Shown here in pieces: positions 27,174 through 36,663 of a stretch of 64,000 bases of DNA. Within the stretch, counting starts at the first letter, position 1. Each line of letters opens with the position of its first letter. A program made the position numbers and the translations under genes. Under the pieces are notes generated by a model that was given only the letters and a program-made list of their open reading frames with translations, was not told the origin of the DNA and made no database searches. Source of the stretch: an uncultured Candidatus Saccharibacteria bacterium (GTDB lineage: Bacteria > Patescibacteriota > Minisyncoccia > UBA6257); assembly GCA_964618625.1 (NCBI GenBank), contig CAZUBI010000001.1, positions 164,781 through 228,780 of the forward strand. Reading direction: 5' to 3'.

Positions 27174-27530
27174 TTAAACAAAATCCTCAATTTTTGGCCC
27201 CCTCGAGGGATCAAATCCGATCCAAACTCCCTCGATCCAAGTTCCATTCTTGTTGAATCTTTTTCCAGCAGCTATTCTCTTTACAATCTTTTGTAAATTA
27301 CAGAGAATAGCTTTCCGTCTTCCAAGAATAAAAATTTTATCCACAAAAGGCCCAGTACTACCTCTACCACGCATATGCAACACTAAATTTAAGATTGAAC
27401 ATTGATTCTCGCTTAAAACTTTCTTAAGAACTTTTAAAATTTCCTCTTTGGTTGCTAATAAACTATCTTCTTTGGTCCCCGGGTCTTCCCACAAAGAAAT
27501 TTCCTTTGTGAGAATTTGTGGCATTCCCAT
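27174..27530 (-). CDS. hypothetical protein (module 3 cargo)
   Basis: start reassigned to ATG 27530 after AAGGAG. Confidence 0.7.
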   Translation of the reverse strand: MGMPQILTKEISLWEDPGTKEDSLLATKEEILKVLKKVLSENQCSILNLVLHMRGRGSTGPFVDKIFILGRRKAILCNLQKIVKRIAAGKRFNKNGTWIEGVWIGFDPSRGPKIEDFV

Positions 27531-27675
27531 TTCTTTTCTCCTTGTTCCCTTGCCTGTCGTTACCAATCCGATCAGGACTTTTGGGAACATATAAAATTAT
27601 CAAAGAACATTCTACTATTTATATAATGATATATTAATATATTTATATAATGGTATATTAATAATTGATTGTCAA
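27531..27675 (-). promoter_or_regulatory. module 3 promoter, boxA-like element and structured leader
   Basis: TTGACA-N17-CATTAT; TGTTCTTTGATAA; GTTCCC-AAAAGTCCTGATC-loop-GACAGGCAA-GGGAAC; AAGGAG. Confidence 0.65.
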
Positions 27676-27679
27676 CAAC

Positions 27680-30277
27680 TTAATCTTCGGTCTGGTGGCG
27701 GACAATGAAATAATGTTTTGCCGCTTCAATAAAACCTAATTCTATTATGCCCAGGGTAACAATAATTAACCAATCATAAACTCCTAATGGGGCAGTCTTT
27801 AAAAGTGTTTGAAATAAAGGCACATAAACAGCGACAACTAGCATTATTATTCCAATAATGACTGAACCTATTAAAAATTTGTTAGAGAAAAGATTTATGT
27901 GCCATAAATTCTTGCGTAAGCTTTTACAAGAAAAAACATAAAAAAGCGAATCTATAGTAAGGCAGGCAAAAATCATTGTCCTGATATAAGTAATATCAAA
28001 ACCTTGTTTCCATAACCAGAAGAATAATCCTAGAAGTATTAAATCAGTAATCACTCCGATAATCACAATTATGAATTTCATCTCTTTGGTTAACAAAGGA
28101 ACTTCATGAGCCGCAGGTTTCTGCTGCATTATTTCTTTTTCTTTCGGCTCAAAAGCCAAAGCCATACCAGGTAAGCCATCTTCTATTAAATTAACCCATA
28201 AGATCTGTACTGCTATTATTGGTAAAGGAAGCCCAACAAAAATACTGGTTCCTACTAAGATTATTTCAGTAAAACTATCTGAAAGCAGATAAGTAATAAC
28301 CTTTCTAATATTATCAATAATAACTCTTCCCTCTTCTATGGCTTTAACAATAATAGAAAAACTGTCATTTAATAGAATTAAATCAGAACTTTCTTTTGCC
28401 ACAGCTGTTCCAGAGCCTAAAGCTATTCCAATATCAGCTTTTTTCAAAGCTGGCGCGTCGTTTATTCCATCGCCAGTCATTGCTACAACTTCACCTTTGT
28501 CCTGCCAAGCGCCAATAATCCTCATTTTATGTTTAGGCTCTACTCTGGAATAAATCTGTATCTTATCCAAAATTTCTTCAAATTCTTTATCAGAAAGTTT
28601 ATCTAAATCCATTCCTTCTAAAATATTTTCTTTTGTTATTTTAAAGCCTAATTCTTCTGCAACAGCTTTAGCTGTTAATTTATGGTCGCCAGTAACAATA
28701 ATGGGTCTCATACCAGCTTTTCTACAAATTCGCATTGCTTGTTTCACCTCTTTGCGAATTGGATCACTTAAAGCAATAAAACCTGTAAAAATAAAATCAT
28801 AACAAAGAGCTTCTAATCCTTTAATTTCATAGGTTATATTCTCGCTTTTTTCAACTTTTCTGCATCCTGTGGCAAGTACGCGCAAGCCTTTGCCAGTTAA
28901 TTCTTTTAATTTTTCTTCTAATTTTCTCTTTTCTTGATCAGTTAAATTACTTCTTTCAAAAATTCTTTCTGGAGCGCCGCAAATATACAAATTCATTTCG
29001 CCTGATTCTTGATAAAAAGCAGCGGCAAATTTATTTATAGGATTAAAAGGAACTTCGGATAATTTACCTTCTTCCATCTTTTTCTTCATATTAATCAATC
29101 CATTTTCAATTCCAGCTTCTAATAAAGCCCTGTCTGTGGGCCTTCCCCTTAAAATCCATTTTTTCATAATATCATCGGGATTTTCAATAAACGCTTCTGA
29201 TGTTAAAACAGCTGATTTAAGAATCAAAGATTTATCACCAATTATTTCACTAACTTTCATTTTCCCTTTTGTTAAAGTCCCGGTTTTATCAGTACATATT
29301 ATGCTGGTATTTCCCAAAGTTTCTGCTGAAGATAGTTTTCTTATTAATCCTTTCTTTTTTAATACTTTTTGCATTCCTAAAGCTAAAATAACTGTTATTG
29401 CCACAGGCAATCCTTCAGGTATGGCGGAAACAGCAATAGCGACAGAAGTAGTAAACATTTCTACAAATTCTTTTCCCTTTATTATTCCCTCAAAAAAGAT
29501 AAAGGCACAAATAATAGTAATGCCTATTCCAATCATAGTTGAAAAACTTGTTAGTTTCTTCTGGTATGGAGTTTTTCTTTCTGGCGCCTCTTTTACCATT
29601 TTGGCAATCTTTCCAATCTCTGTATATATACCAGTATTTACCACAATCGCTTTGCCTTTCCCAGCTTCTATCACACATCCCATATAAACCATATTATCCC
29701 TGTCCATCAAATGCGTCTGGCCTAATAATGTTCTGGAAATTTTTTCTGATGGCAGCCACTCGCCAGTCAAAGCCATTTCATTAACTTTTAAGCCCTGGAA
29801 CTCAATAATTCTTGCATCTGCAGGAACTTTATCCCCAGGATTTAGAATAATAATATCTCCAGGAACTAATTCTTCAGAATTGATAATTTTTAAATTCCCA
29901 TTCCTGAGAACTTCGGATTCCTGTTTAACAACTTCTTTTAATGCTTTTAAAGCGTTTGAAGTTCTATTTTCCTGAACAAAACCAACTGTAGTATTTACAA
30001 GTATAGCCGCCCAAATAACAATAGTATCAGCAAACTCTTTTAAAAGTAAAGTAACAATTCCAGCAACTATTAGAATATAAACAAAGGGGCTATGAAACTG
30101 CTCCAAATATATTTTTAATTTTGATAATGGCTTTTCTTCAGGAAGCTTATTTTTGCCAAATTCTTTTTCACGGATTTTTATTTCTTCACCAGATAATCCT
30201 TGTTTTAAATCTGAGTTTAATATTTGTAATGCTTCCTGCCAAGAAAGACTATGCCACATTCTATTCATTAATATCAT
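27680..30277 (-). CDS. cation-transporting P-type ATPase (P2A/Ca2+-like)
   Basis: [36 protein letters not shown]. Confidence 0.95.
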   Translation of the reverse strand: MILMNRMWHSLSWQEALQILNSDLKQGLSGEEIKIREKEFGKNKLPEEKPLSKLKIYLEQFHSPFVYILIVAGIVTLLLKEFADTIVIWAAILVNTTVGFVQENRTSNALKALKEVVKQESEVLRNGNLKIINSEELVPGDIIILNPGDKVPADARIIEFQGLKVNEMALTGEWLPSEKISRTLLGQTHLMDRDNMVYMGCVIEAGKGKAIVVNTGIYTEIGKIAKMVKEAPERKTPYQKKLTSFSTMIGIGITIICAFIFFEGIIKGKEFVEMFTTSVAIAVSAIPEGLPVAITVILALGMQKVLKKKGLIRKLSSAETLGNTSIICTDKTGTLTKGKMKVSEIIGDKSLILKSAVLTSEAFIENPDDIMKKWILRGRPTDRALLEAGIENGLINMKKKMEEGKLSEVPFNPINKFAAAFYQESGEMNLYICGAPERIFERSNLTDQEKRKLEEKLKELTGKGLRVLATGCRKVEKSENITYEIKGLEALCYDFIFTGFIALSDPIRKEVKQAMRICRKAGMRPIIVTGDHKLTAKAVAEELGFKITKENILEGMDLDKLSDKEFEEILDKIQIYSRVEPKHKMRIIGAWQDKGEVVAMTGDGINDAPALKKADIGIALGSGTAVAKESSDLILLNDSFSIIVKAIEEGRVIIDNIRKVITYLLSDSFTEIILVGTSIFVGLPLPIIAVQILWVNLIEDGLPGMALAFEPKEKEIMQQKPAAHEVPLLTKEMKFIIVIIGVITDLILLGLFFWLWKQGFDITYIRTMIFACLTIDSLFYVFSCKSLRKNLWHINLFSNKFLIGSVIIGIIMLVVAVYVPLFQTLLKTAPLGVYDWLIIVTLGIIELGFIEAAKHYFIVRHQTED

Positions 30278-30358
30278 TTTACTATCATTTTGCTGTATTC
30301 ACAAACAACAAAAAACCACTCTGTTTTTAATTTTGGAGTGGTTAATTAACTCTTTTAA

Positions 30359-30483
30359 TTACTCCATTTCCATCTGAGCAAAAGGACAACGCAAATAAGG
30401 AAAATTATATTTTTTCAGAATTTTCCTTGTTTTATATTGTCTAAAAGATCTGCTAAAAGAGTGTTTTTGGTAATCTTTACCAT
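30359..30483 (-). pseudogene. frameshifted, truncated DUF1858-like remnant
   Basis: MVKITKNTLLADLLDN/fs/KTRKILKKYNFPYLRCPFAQMEME*LKEL; 5' part duplicated at 31220-31296. Confidence 0.55.
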
Positions 30484-30494
30484 TATTCCAGTCC

Positions 30495-31184
30495 TTATTT
30501 TCTAAAAATGTAAATCTGAATTTTCTCGATTACGGTTTTTTCCTCTAGGCCTTTGCCTTCCAATACTTTATGAATTCTGTTTACTAATATTTGTCTTTCT
30601 TCGTCATCTTTTGGAATTAATATATCTGACCACCAATCCAACATAGTATTATCAAGTTCTGTAATATCATTAAAAACCATATCTATTTGGCCAGTTTTAT
30701 ATTGGAGTAACTTATGACCATTTTGTTGCATATAGTTTTTTATGGTTGAAGCGGATTTTTTAATTCGTTCACCATGATTCTCATTCGGATCAAAAACCCT
30801 AAACAAATCATTTGTCACTGATCTTTCTGTTGGATCTATGAATATAAGCAAACCATTATCTTTAAGAACGCGCATAGCTTCGTTTAGCACATCTGTTTGT
30901 TTTTCATGGTCAATTTCGTGAAAACTAGATGAAAAAACGACATCAAAGAACTTATCATTAAATTTCAAATCGCTGGCATCCATTAATAAAAATTCAGTAT
31001 TTGGTGCAGAATTTTCTTTTATGTTCATATCAATAAACATTTGCAATAAATCAATGCTCTTAAGCGATTTTGCGTATTTTTGTATTATTTGCGTATAGCT
31101 ACCGTCACCACAACCAATTTCCAAAACATCTTTGTCTTTAGCTTGTTTGATTACATCCTCGACAATGTGCATATCTCTTTTCAT
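30495..31184 (-). CDS. class I SAM-dependent methyltransferase
   Basis: VLEIGCGDG, FDVV, RVLKDNG. Confidence 0.9.
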   Translation of the reverse strand: MKRDMHIVEDVIKQAKDKDVLEIGCGDGSYTQIIQKYAKSLKSIDLLQMFIDMNIKENSAPNTEFLLMDASDLKFNDKFFDVVFSSSFHEIDHEKQTDVLNEAMRVLKDNGLLIFIDPTERSVTNDLFRVFDPNENHGERIKKSASTIKNYMQQNGHKLLQYKTGQIDMVFNDITELDNTMLDWWSDILIPKDDEERQILVNRIHKVLEGKGLEEKTVIEKIQIYIFRK

Positions 31185-31219
31185 TTTATTATTTATTTAT
31201 TTTTTATATTTTACTAATT

Positions 31220-31296
31220 TTTCCAGAATTTTCCTTGTTTTAGTATTGTTTAAAAAATCTGCTAAAAGAGTGTTTTTGGTAATCTTTACCATTATT
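31220..31296. repeat. ~76-bp direct repeat of 30412-30487
   Basis: cagaattttccttgtttta..atctgctaaaagagtgtttttggtaatctttaccattatt in both copies. Confidence 0.85.
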
Positions 31297-31395
31297 TTAA
31301 ATGTCGGAGATAAGTTGAAACCTTAAAATCTTTCTATATTTTTAGTTTAACAAAAATATGAATGAAAGTAAATTTTTTAACCCATTGTTATACTA

Positions 31396-31461
31396 TTGAC
31401 TCAAAATCTATTAGTTGCTAAACTAGAAATAGACCCATACCTGTGGTCGGGGTGTGGATAA
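31396..31461 (+). promoter_or_regulatory. promoter and possible CsoR operator
   Basis: TTGACT-N17-TAAACT; C-tract/G-tract pseudo-palindrome ACCCATACC..GGTCGGGGT; TGTGGATAA 31453. Confidence 0.5.
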
Positions 31462-31485
31462 CTTGATTAATAGTCTTTAAAAACT

Positions 31486-31758
31486 ATGTCTAATCAAAAA
31501 GAAAAAACATTTATTAACTTTAAAAAAGCGCAGGGCTCAATTGCAAAAATTATTAAAATGGTTGAAAGCAATGAATACTGCATTAATATTATGCAGCAAA
31601 ATTTAGCAGTCATTGGGCTTTTAAAGTCCGCCCATCAAATGTTAATGGAAAATCATCTAAATACCTGTTTTAAAACAGCAATGGGAACAAAGAATGAGAA
31701 AAGAAAACAAGAAATGATCGAAGAAATTTTAAAGGTTACAAGATTGTTTAATAAATAA
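31486..31758 (+). CDS. csoR: CsoR/RcnR-family metal-sensing repressor
   Basis: YC..IMQQ..AV.G.L...HL.TC (C-H-C ligands). Confidence 0.85.
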   Translation: MSNQKEKTFINFKKAQGSIAKIIKMVESNEYCINIMQQNLAVIGLLKSAHQMLMENHLNTCFKTAMGTKNEKRKQEMIEEILKVTRLFNK

Positions 31759-31779
31759 GCTTAAGAAATATAATTTACG

Positions 31780-33492
31780 ATGCTTAAAAAAACTAAAATT
31801 CAAATTGAAAATATCCGCTCGGAAAACGATAAAGCGTTGATTGAGACTGAAGTTGATATTTTAGAAGGAGTAAAAGATATTAATATTAACGAAAAAAACG
31901 GCGAAACTATTATAGAATTTGATGACAATATTATTTCTTTAGATGAAATACGAAGAGTAATTAAAAAACTGGGTTTTCAAATAGAAAGCCAAGAAAAAAT
32001 CTTGTCAGTGCAAAAGGAGCATATTTATTTTGTTAAAGGAATGCACTGCGCTTCTTGTGAGGTTTTGATAGAAAAAAAATTATTAACTTTTAAACAGATA
32101 AAATCAGTTGAGGCATCGGCTGATAAGGGCAGAGTTTTTATTGTCTATGAAGGAGAGAGGCCAAGCACTGACAGATTAAACAAAAATTTTAGAAAAGAAA
32201 ATTATCTTTTCTTTGACCACCCAGCAAAAATCACAGAGAAAAAAGAAGGGAACAACTTTTTCATAATCGCTGGCACGGCGTTATTTATTATCATCGGATT
32301 TTTTATTATTAAAAACAGCGGCTTTACCGGTTTGATAAATGTTAATTCAACTTCATCTTTGCCTACGTTCTTTTTCTTGGGGCTATTGGCCGGAGTTTCT
32401 AGCTGCGCGGCTTTGGTTGGTGGCTTGGTTCTTTCAATGTCAAAACAATGGCTTCAAATGTATTCTGAAAAAAACTCAACTTTAGAAAAACTTCAGCCCC
32501 ATTTAATGTTTAATATCGGAAGAATTGTTTCTTATGCTCTTTTAGGAGGCGTTATTGGCGCCATCGGCAGTAAATTTCAAATCTCTTTAACTTTTACTTC
32601 TGTTTTAATTATCGCTGTTTCTATAATGATGTTCTTTTTAGCTTTACAAATGTTAGGGGTAAAAGCTTTCCGAAAATTTCAGTTTACAATGCCTAAATTT
32701 ATAACCAGACGCATTGTTGATGAAACTAAATTCCAAGGAAAATACATGCCATTTCTAATGGGAGCGCTGACTTTTTTTCTGCCTTGCGGTTTTACCATTA
32801 CTGCCCAAGGACTGGCTTTAATTTCCGGAAACGCGGTTCAGGGCGCTTTAATTATGCTTTTCTTTGCCCTGGGAACATTGCCGGCACTTCTGGCAATTGG
32901 ATTATCGGCGGTTAAATTTTTTGAGAAGCCTCATTTGTCCTATAAATTTCTAAAAGTTGCCGGCGTTCTGGTTTTGTTTTTCGCTTTATACAATATTAAT
33001 TCCCAATTAAATGTTTTGGGATTTTCCAGTTTTAGCGATATAAAACCGAACTTTATTGGTCGGCAAAATGAAGAGGGATTGCCGCCGATTGTTAACGGCA
33101 AACAGGTTATAAAGATGGATGCCTTGAGTTTTGGCTATAAACCAAATTATTTTAAGGTCAAAGTCGGAGTTCCTGTCAGATGGGAAATTAGTGATAAAGG
33201 AACAAGCGGATGTACTAACGCCATTATTTCCAAAGGCCTATTTAAAGAAGAAATTCCTCTTACTCCGGGCCAGACAAGTATTACAGAATTTACGCCGGCA
33301 AAGCCGGGAAAGTATAAATTTAGTTGTTGGATGGGGATGGTTTCTGGCATTATAGAGGTAGTTGACGGTAAAATTGCAGCAAAAAACCCTGTCGCTAATG
33401 TTCAAGCCGCCAACGGGGACGATGATATTATCCCCTCCGGCGCCAAAGGATGCGGCTGCGGCGGCGAAAGCGGCAGCTGCGGCGCAAGATAA
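31780..33492 (+). CDS. HMA + DsbD_2/TauE-like membrane + cupredoxin-domain protein
   Basis: [31 protein letters not shown], Cys/Gly tail. Confidence 0.85.
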   Translation: MLKKTKIQIENIRSENDKALIETEVDILEGVKDININEKNGETIIEFDDNIISLDEIRRVIKKLGFQIESQEKILSVQKEHIYFVKGMHCASCEVLIEKKLLTFKQIKSVEASADKGRVFIVYEGERPSTDRLNKNFRKENYLFFDHPAKITEKKEGNNFFIIAGTALFIIIGFFIIKNSGFTGLINVNSTSSLPTFFFLGLLAGVSSCAALVGGLVLSMSKQWLQMYSEKNSTLEKLQPHLMFNIGRIVSYALLGGVIGAIGSKFQISLTFTSVLIIAVSIMMFFLALQMLGVKAFRKFQFTMPKFITRRIVDETKFQGKYMPFLMGALTFFLPCGFTITAQGLALISGNAVQGALIMLFFALGTLPALLAIGLSAVKFFEKPHLSYKFLKVAGVLVLFFALYNINSQLNVLGFSSFSDIKPNFIGRQNEEGLPPIVNGKQVIKMDALSFGYKPNYFKVKVGVPVRWEISDKGTSGCTNAIISKGLFKEEIPLTPGQTSITEFTPAKPGKYKFSCWMGMVSGIIEVVDGKIAAKNPVANVQAANGDDDIIPSGAKGCGCGGESGSCGAR

Positions 33493-33521
33493 AAATTTAT
33501 TAAAATAATTAAATTCAAATT

Positions 33522-34496
33522 ATGAAAAAAGCAAAATTTAAAATTCATGGCATGTATTGCAACTCCTGCGCCATTCTTATTCAAGAAAGATTAAAAAATC
33601 TGCCGGGTGTGATTCAAGTAAAAATAAATCATGAGTCGGAAAAAGGCGTGATAGCTTACGATGAAAATGCGATTGAAGAAACGGAAATTCAGAGTGAGAT
33701 TGAAAGCGTCGGTGAATACAGCGTTGAAAAAATTGAAGACACAGAAAAAGAAAAAAATATTAAAGAAGATTATTTTCAGACCTTGGAAAAGAAGAAAGAT
33801 TATTCTCGTCCCAATCTTTCTATACCAATCTCCATAATTATCGCAGGCTTGATTATCGGAGGGGCAGTTATTATCAGTAGTGGAAATGTAAATATCGGTA
33901 AAGAAATTGCCACCACTGGACAAATAGCCCAAAATTTGCCCGTTAACGATACTCAACCGCCCGAAGTGCCAGCAATTGCTCAATTTGACATTACAAAAAA
34001 CGACCATATTCGCGGCGATTTCAATGCGCCGATTACTTTGGTTGAATTTTCTGATTTTGAATGTCCGTTCTGCGCCAGACATAATCCAACTCTGATTAAA
34101 ATTTTAGACGATTATAAGGGAAAGGTCAGGTTAGTTTATAAACATTTTCCTTTGGGATTCCATTCAAACGCTCAAAAAGCGGCCGAGGCCTCGGAGTGCG
34201 CCAGCGAGCAAGGCAAGTTTTGGGAATATCACGATAAATTATTTGAAAATTTAGCTACAAGCGGTTATAGTCTCGTGAATTTTAAACAATGGGCGAAGGA
34301 TTTGGGTCTTAATTCAAAGAAGTTTGACGATTGTCTTGATTCGGGAAAATTCGCTCAAAAAGTTCAGGCTGATTTTCAGGAAGGATCACAAAAAGGAGTA
34401 AACGGAACGCCAGCCACTTTTGTTAACGGCCAGTTTGTAAGCGGCGCCTTACCTTATGATTCGTTCAAGCAGATAATTGATTCATTGTTGCGATAA
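33522..34496 (+). CDS. HMA-DsbA fusion protein
   Basis: GMYCNSC, TM, EFSDFECPFC, GTP. Confidence 0.88.
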   Translation: MKKAKFKIHGMYCNSCAILIQERLKNLPGVIQVKINHESEKGVIAYDENAIEETEIQSEIESVGEYSVEKIEDTEKEKNIKEDYFQTLEKKKDYSRPNLSIPISIIIAGLIIGGAVIISSGNVNIGKEIATTGQIAQNLPVNDTQPPEVPAIAQFDITKNDHIRGDFNAPITLVEFSDFECPFCARHNPTLIKILDDYKGKVRLVYKHFPLGFHSNAQKAAEASECASEQGKFWEYHDKLFENLATSGYSLVNFKQWAKDLGLNSKKFDDCLDSGKFAQKVQADFQEGSQKGVNGTPATFVNGQFVSGALPYDSFKQIIDSLLR

Positions 34497-34500
34497 AATT

Positions 34501-35712
34501 ATGGACATAGATAAAATTAGACCGGATTTTCCCTTGTTGCAAACGAAGATTAATGGGAAATCTATAATTTATTTTGATAACGCCTGCCAGTCATTGCGTC
34601 CTTGGCGGGTTATTAATGCCATAAATGATTATTATCAAAAATATTCGGCTTGCGGTGGCCGCAGTGTTCATAAATTAGGAGAATTAGTGACTCAAAAATG
34701 TGATGAATCAAGAAGGGTGGTCGCTGATTTTATCGGCGCCAGAAGAAAGGAAGAAATAATCTTTACCCGTAATACCACTGAAGGAATAAATTTGGTTGCC
34801 CAGTCACTAGGATTAAAAAGGGGAGATATTGTTTTAACTACCGACAAAGAACATAATTCCAATTTGATCCCCTGGCAGATTTTGGCAAAAAATATCGGGA
34901 TTATCCACAAGATAGTTCCTTCAAAAAAAGACAACACTTTTGATTTGAAAAAATTCACAGAGATGATGAGCGAGCGAATAAAATTGGTTTCAATGGTTTG
35001 GACATCCAACTTAGATGGAGTGACAATTCCGGCGCGAGAAATAATTAATATTGCCCACAAAAAAGGAGCAATCGTATTGCTGGATGCCGCTCAGACTGCC
35101 TCACACCAGAAGATTGATGTGGCAATGCTGGATGTGGATTTTTTAGCTTTTTCCGGTCATAAAATGCTCGGACCATCCGGCATGGGAGTATTATACGGGA
35201 AATATCACCTTTTAGAGGAATTAGATCCTTTTTTGGTCGGCGGAGAAACGGTTGAATCTTCAACTTACGAAAATCATAAATTGCTTCCGCCGCCGGAAAA
35301 ATTTGAAGCTGGATTACAGGATTTTGCCGGCATCATTGGATTGGGCGAAGCGGTTAAATATCTGCAACAAATCGGCTTTAAAGACATAATCCGGCAAGAA
35401 TTAGAATTAAACAAATTTATTACAGAAGAAATAAGCAAAATTCCTTCAGTGAGAATTATCGGACCGCTTGATCCGGCGTTGCGGGGTGGAATTATTTCTT
35501 TCTGGGTTGAAGGAATGGATTCTCATCAAGTAGCTTTGGTTATGGATGAAATGAGCGGGATAATGATTCGCTCCGGTCAGCACTGCGTCCATTCATGGTT
35601 TAATGCCCATCAGATCAAAAGCTCTGTAAGAGCTTCCTTGTATTTCTATAATATGATCGCGGAAGCGAAAATCTTTGTAGAGAGCTTAAATAAAATTATT
35701 AAATTAATATAA
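34501..35712 (+). CDS. cysteine desulfurase-like class V aminotransferase (SufS/Csd group)
   Basis: YFDNA, EHNSN, DAAQ, FSGHKMLGP, RSGQHC. Confidence 0.9.
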   Translation: MDIDKIRPDFPLLQTKINGKSIIYFDNACQSLRPWRVINAINDYYQKYSACGGRSVHKLGELVTQKCDESRRVVADFIGARRKEEIIFTRNTTEGINLVAQSLGLKRGDIVLTTDKEHNSNLIPWQILAKNIGIIHKIVPSKKDNTFDLKKFTEMMSERIKLVSMVWTSNLDGVTIPAREIINIAHKKGAIVLLDAAQTASHQKIDVAMLDVDFLAFSGHKMLGPSGMGVLYGKYHLLEELDPFLVGGETVESSTYENHKLLPPPEKFEAGLQDFAGIIGLGEAVKYLQQIGFKDIIRQELELNKFITEEISKIPSVRIIGPLDPALRGGIISFWVEGMDSHQVALVMDEMSGIMIRSGQHCVHSWFNAHQIKSSVRASLYFYNMIAEAKIFVESLNKIIKLI

Positions 35713-35717
35713 ATCCA

Positions 35718-36644
35718 ATGCTTTGCATAATTGCCTTAATAGTTTTTGCATTTTTAGGAATTTTTAGCGCCAGCCATCGTGCGCTGGCAAAAGAAGCGCT
35801 TGATTGTGTTCTGCGGCGCATCACTTTAAGACCTTGTAATACTGGATTTAATGAAAAAATAAAGGGTAGGATGATTGGCAAACTACTTAATCGATCTGTG
35901 TTGGCCGCCCGCGTTTTCAATAAACACTTTGAATTAATTTCCTGGATTTTTATTATTTTGTCTTTAACAAGCGCTTTTTATGTAGTCAAAGGAGGCTACA
36001 ATTATTATCTATATGGTAGTTGCAATGGTTTAAATCAGAGTGGATTCTGCGTATTTGATCCGATGGGAGGAAGTAATAAAGTATCGCCAGTTAATAGCAA
36101 TACTTGCCCTATTCACCAGGATACCAAAGAAGCCGTAACCTTGACCGGTTTAGATCTTGCCCAATTCCCGCAAAAAAAGTTTGATTCTAAAAATCAAGTT
36201 GTTTTTATCGGATGTTATAACTGCGATTATAGTCGTAAGGTTTACCCCCTTATTCAAAAACTTATCAATAAAAATAAAGCTGATTTTACTTTTATTCATA
36301 TCCCGGCTAAGGAGGAAACGAATTATATTTCCGACTATGTATATTGTCTCTACAAAGAAGATCAAGAAAAATTCTGGAGCTTTAACGATAATCTGTTTGC
36401 TTCCGATAAAAAAGATATAGAAAACAATGATTACATTAAACAGTTGGCCGGAAATGTCGGCTTTGATATGACAAAATTACAGCAATGTGTTTCAAGCAGT
36501 GAAACCAAAAACGTTGTCAGTCAACAGTTTGAACAAATTCAGGCTACGGGAGTCTATGGCACGCCCACCATTTTTATAAATGGCGAAACGCTTGTTGGAC
36601 CCAAGCCTTACAGGGTTTATGAAAAAATGCTTAAAAATAATTAA
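35718..36644 (+). CDS. membrane-anchored DsbA/thioredoxin-like protein
   Basis: CYNCDYS, GVYGTPTIFING. Confidence 0.8.
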   Translation: MLCIIALIVFAFLGIFSASHRALAKEALDCVLRRITLRPCNTGFNEKIKGRMIGKLLNRSVLAARVFNKHFELISWIFIILSLTSAFYVVKGGYNYYLYGSCNGLNQSGFCVFDPMGGSNKVSPVNSNTCPIHQDTKEAVTLTGLDLAQFPQKKFDSKNQVVFIGCYNCDYSRKVYPLIQKLINKNKADFTFIHIPAKEETNYISDYVYCLYKEDQEKFWSFNDNLFASDKKDIENNDYIKQLAGNVGFDMTKLQQCVSSSETKNVVSQQFEQIQATGVYGTPTIFINGETLVGPKPYRVYEKMLKNN

Positions 36645-36663
36645 TTATTATAAAAATAAAAAT

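Noticed and set aside
23802-27590. Shared N-terminal peptide TGKG..KEM in three ORFs as a protein domain
   Set aside because: Artefact of extending ORFs into the shared non-coding leader; SD positions support the downstream ATGs.
22900-27600. Prophage
   Set aside because: No integrase, terminase, capsid or tail genes recognised.
7200-31461. Replication origin from DnaA boxes
   Set aside because: Boxes are isolated and kilobases apart; no cluster or dnaA.
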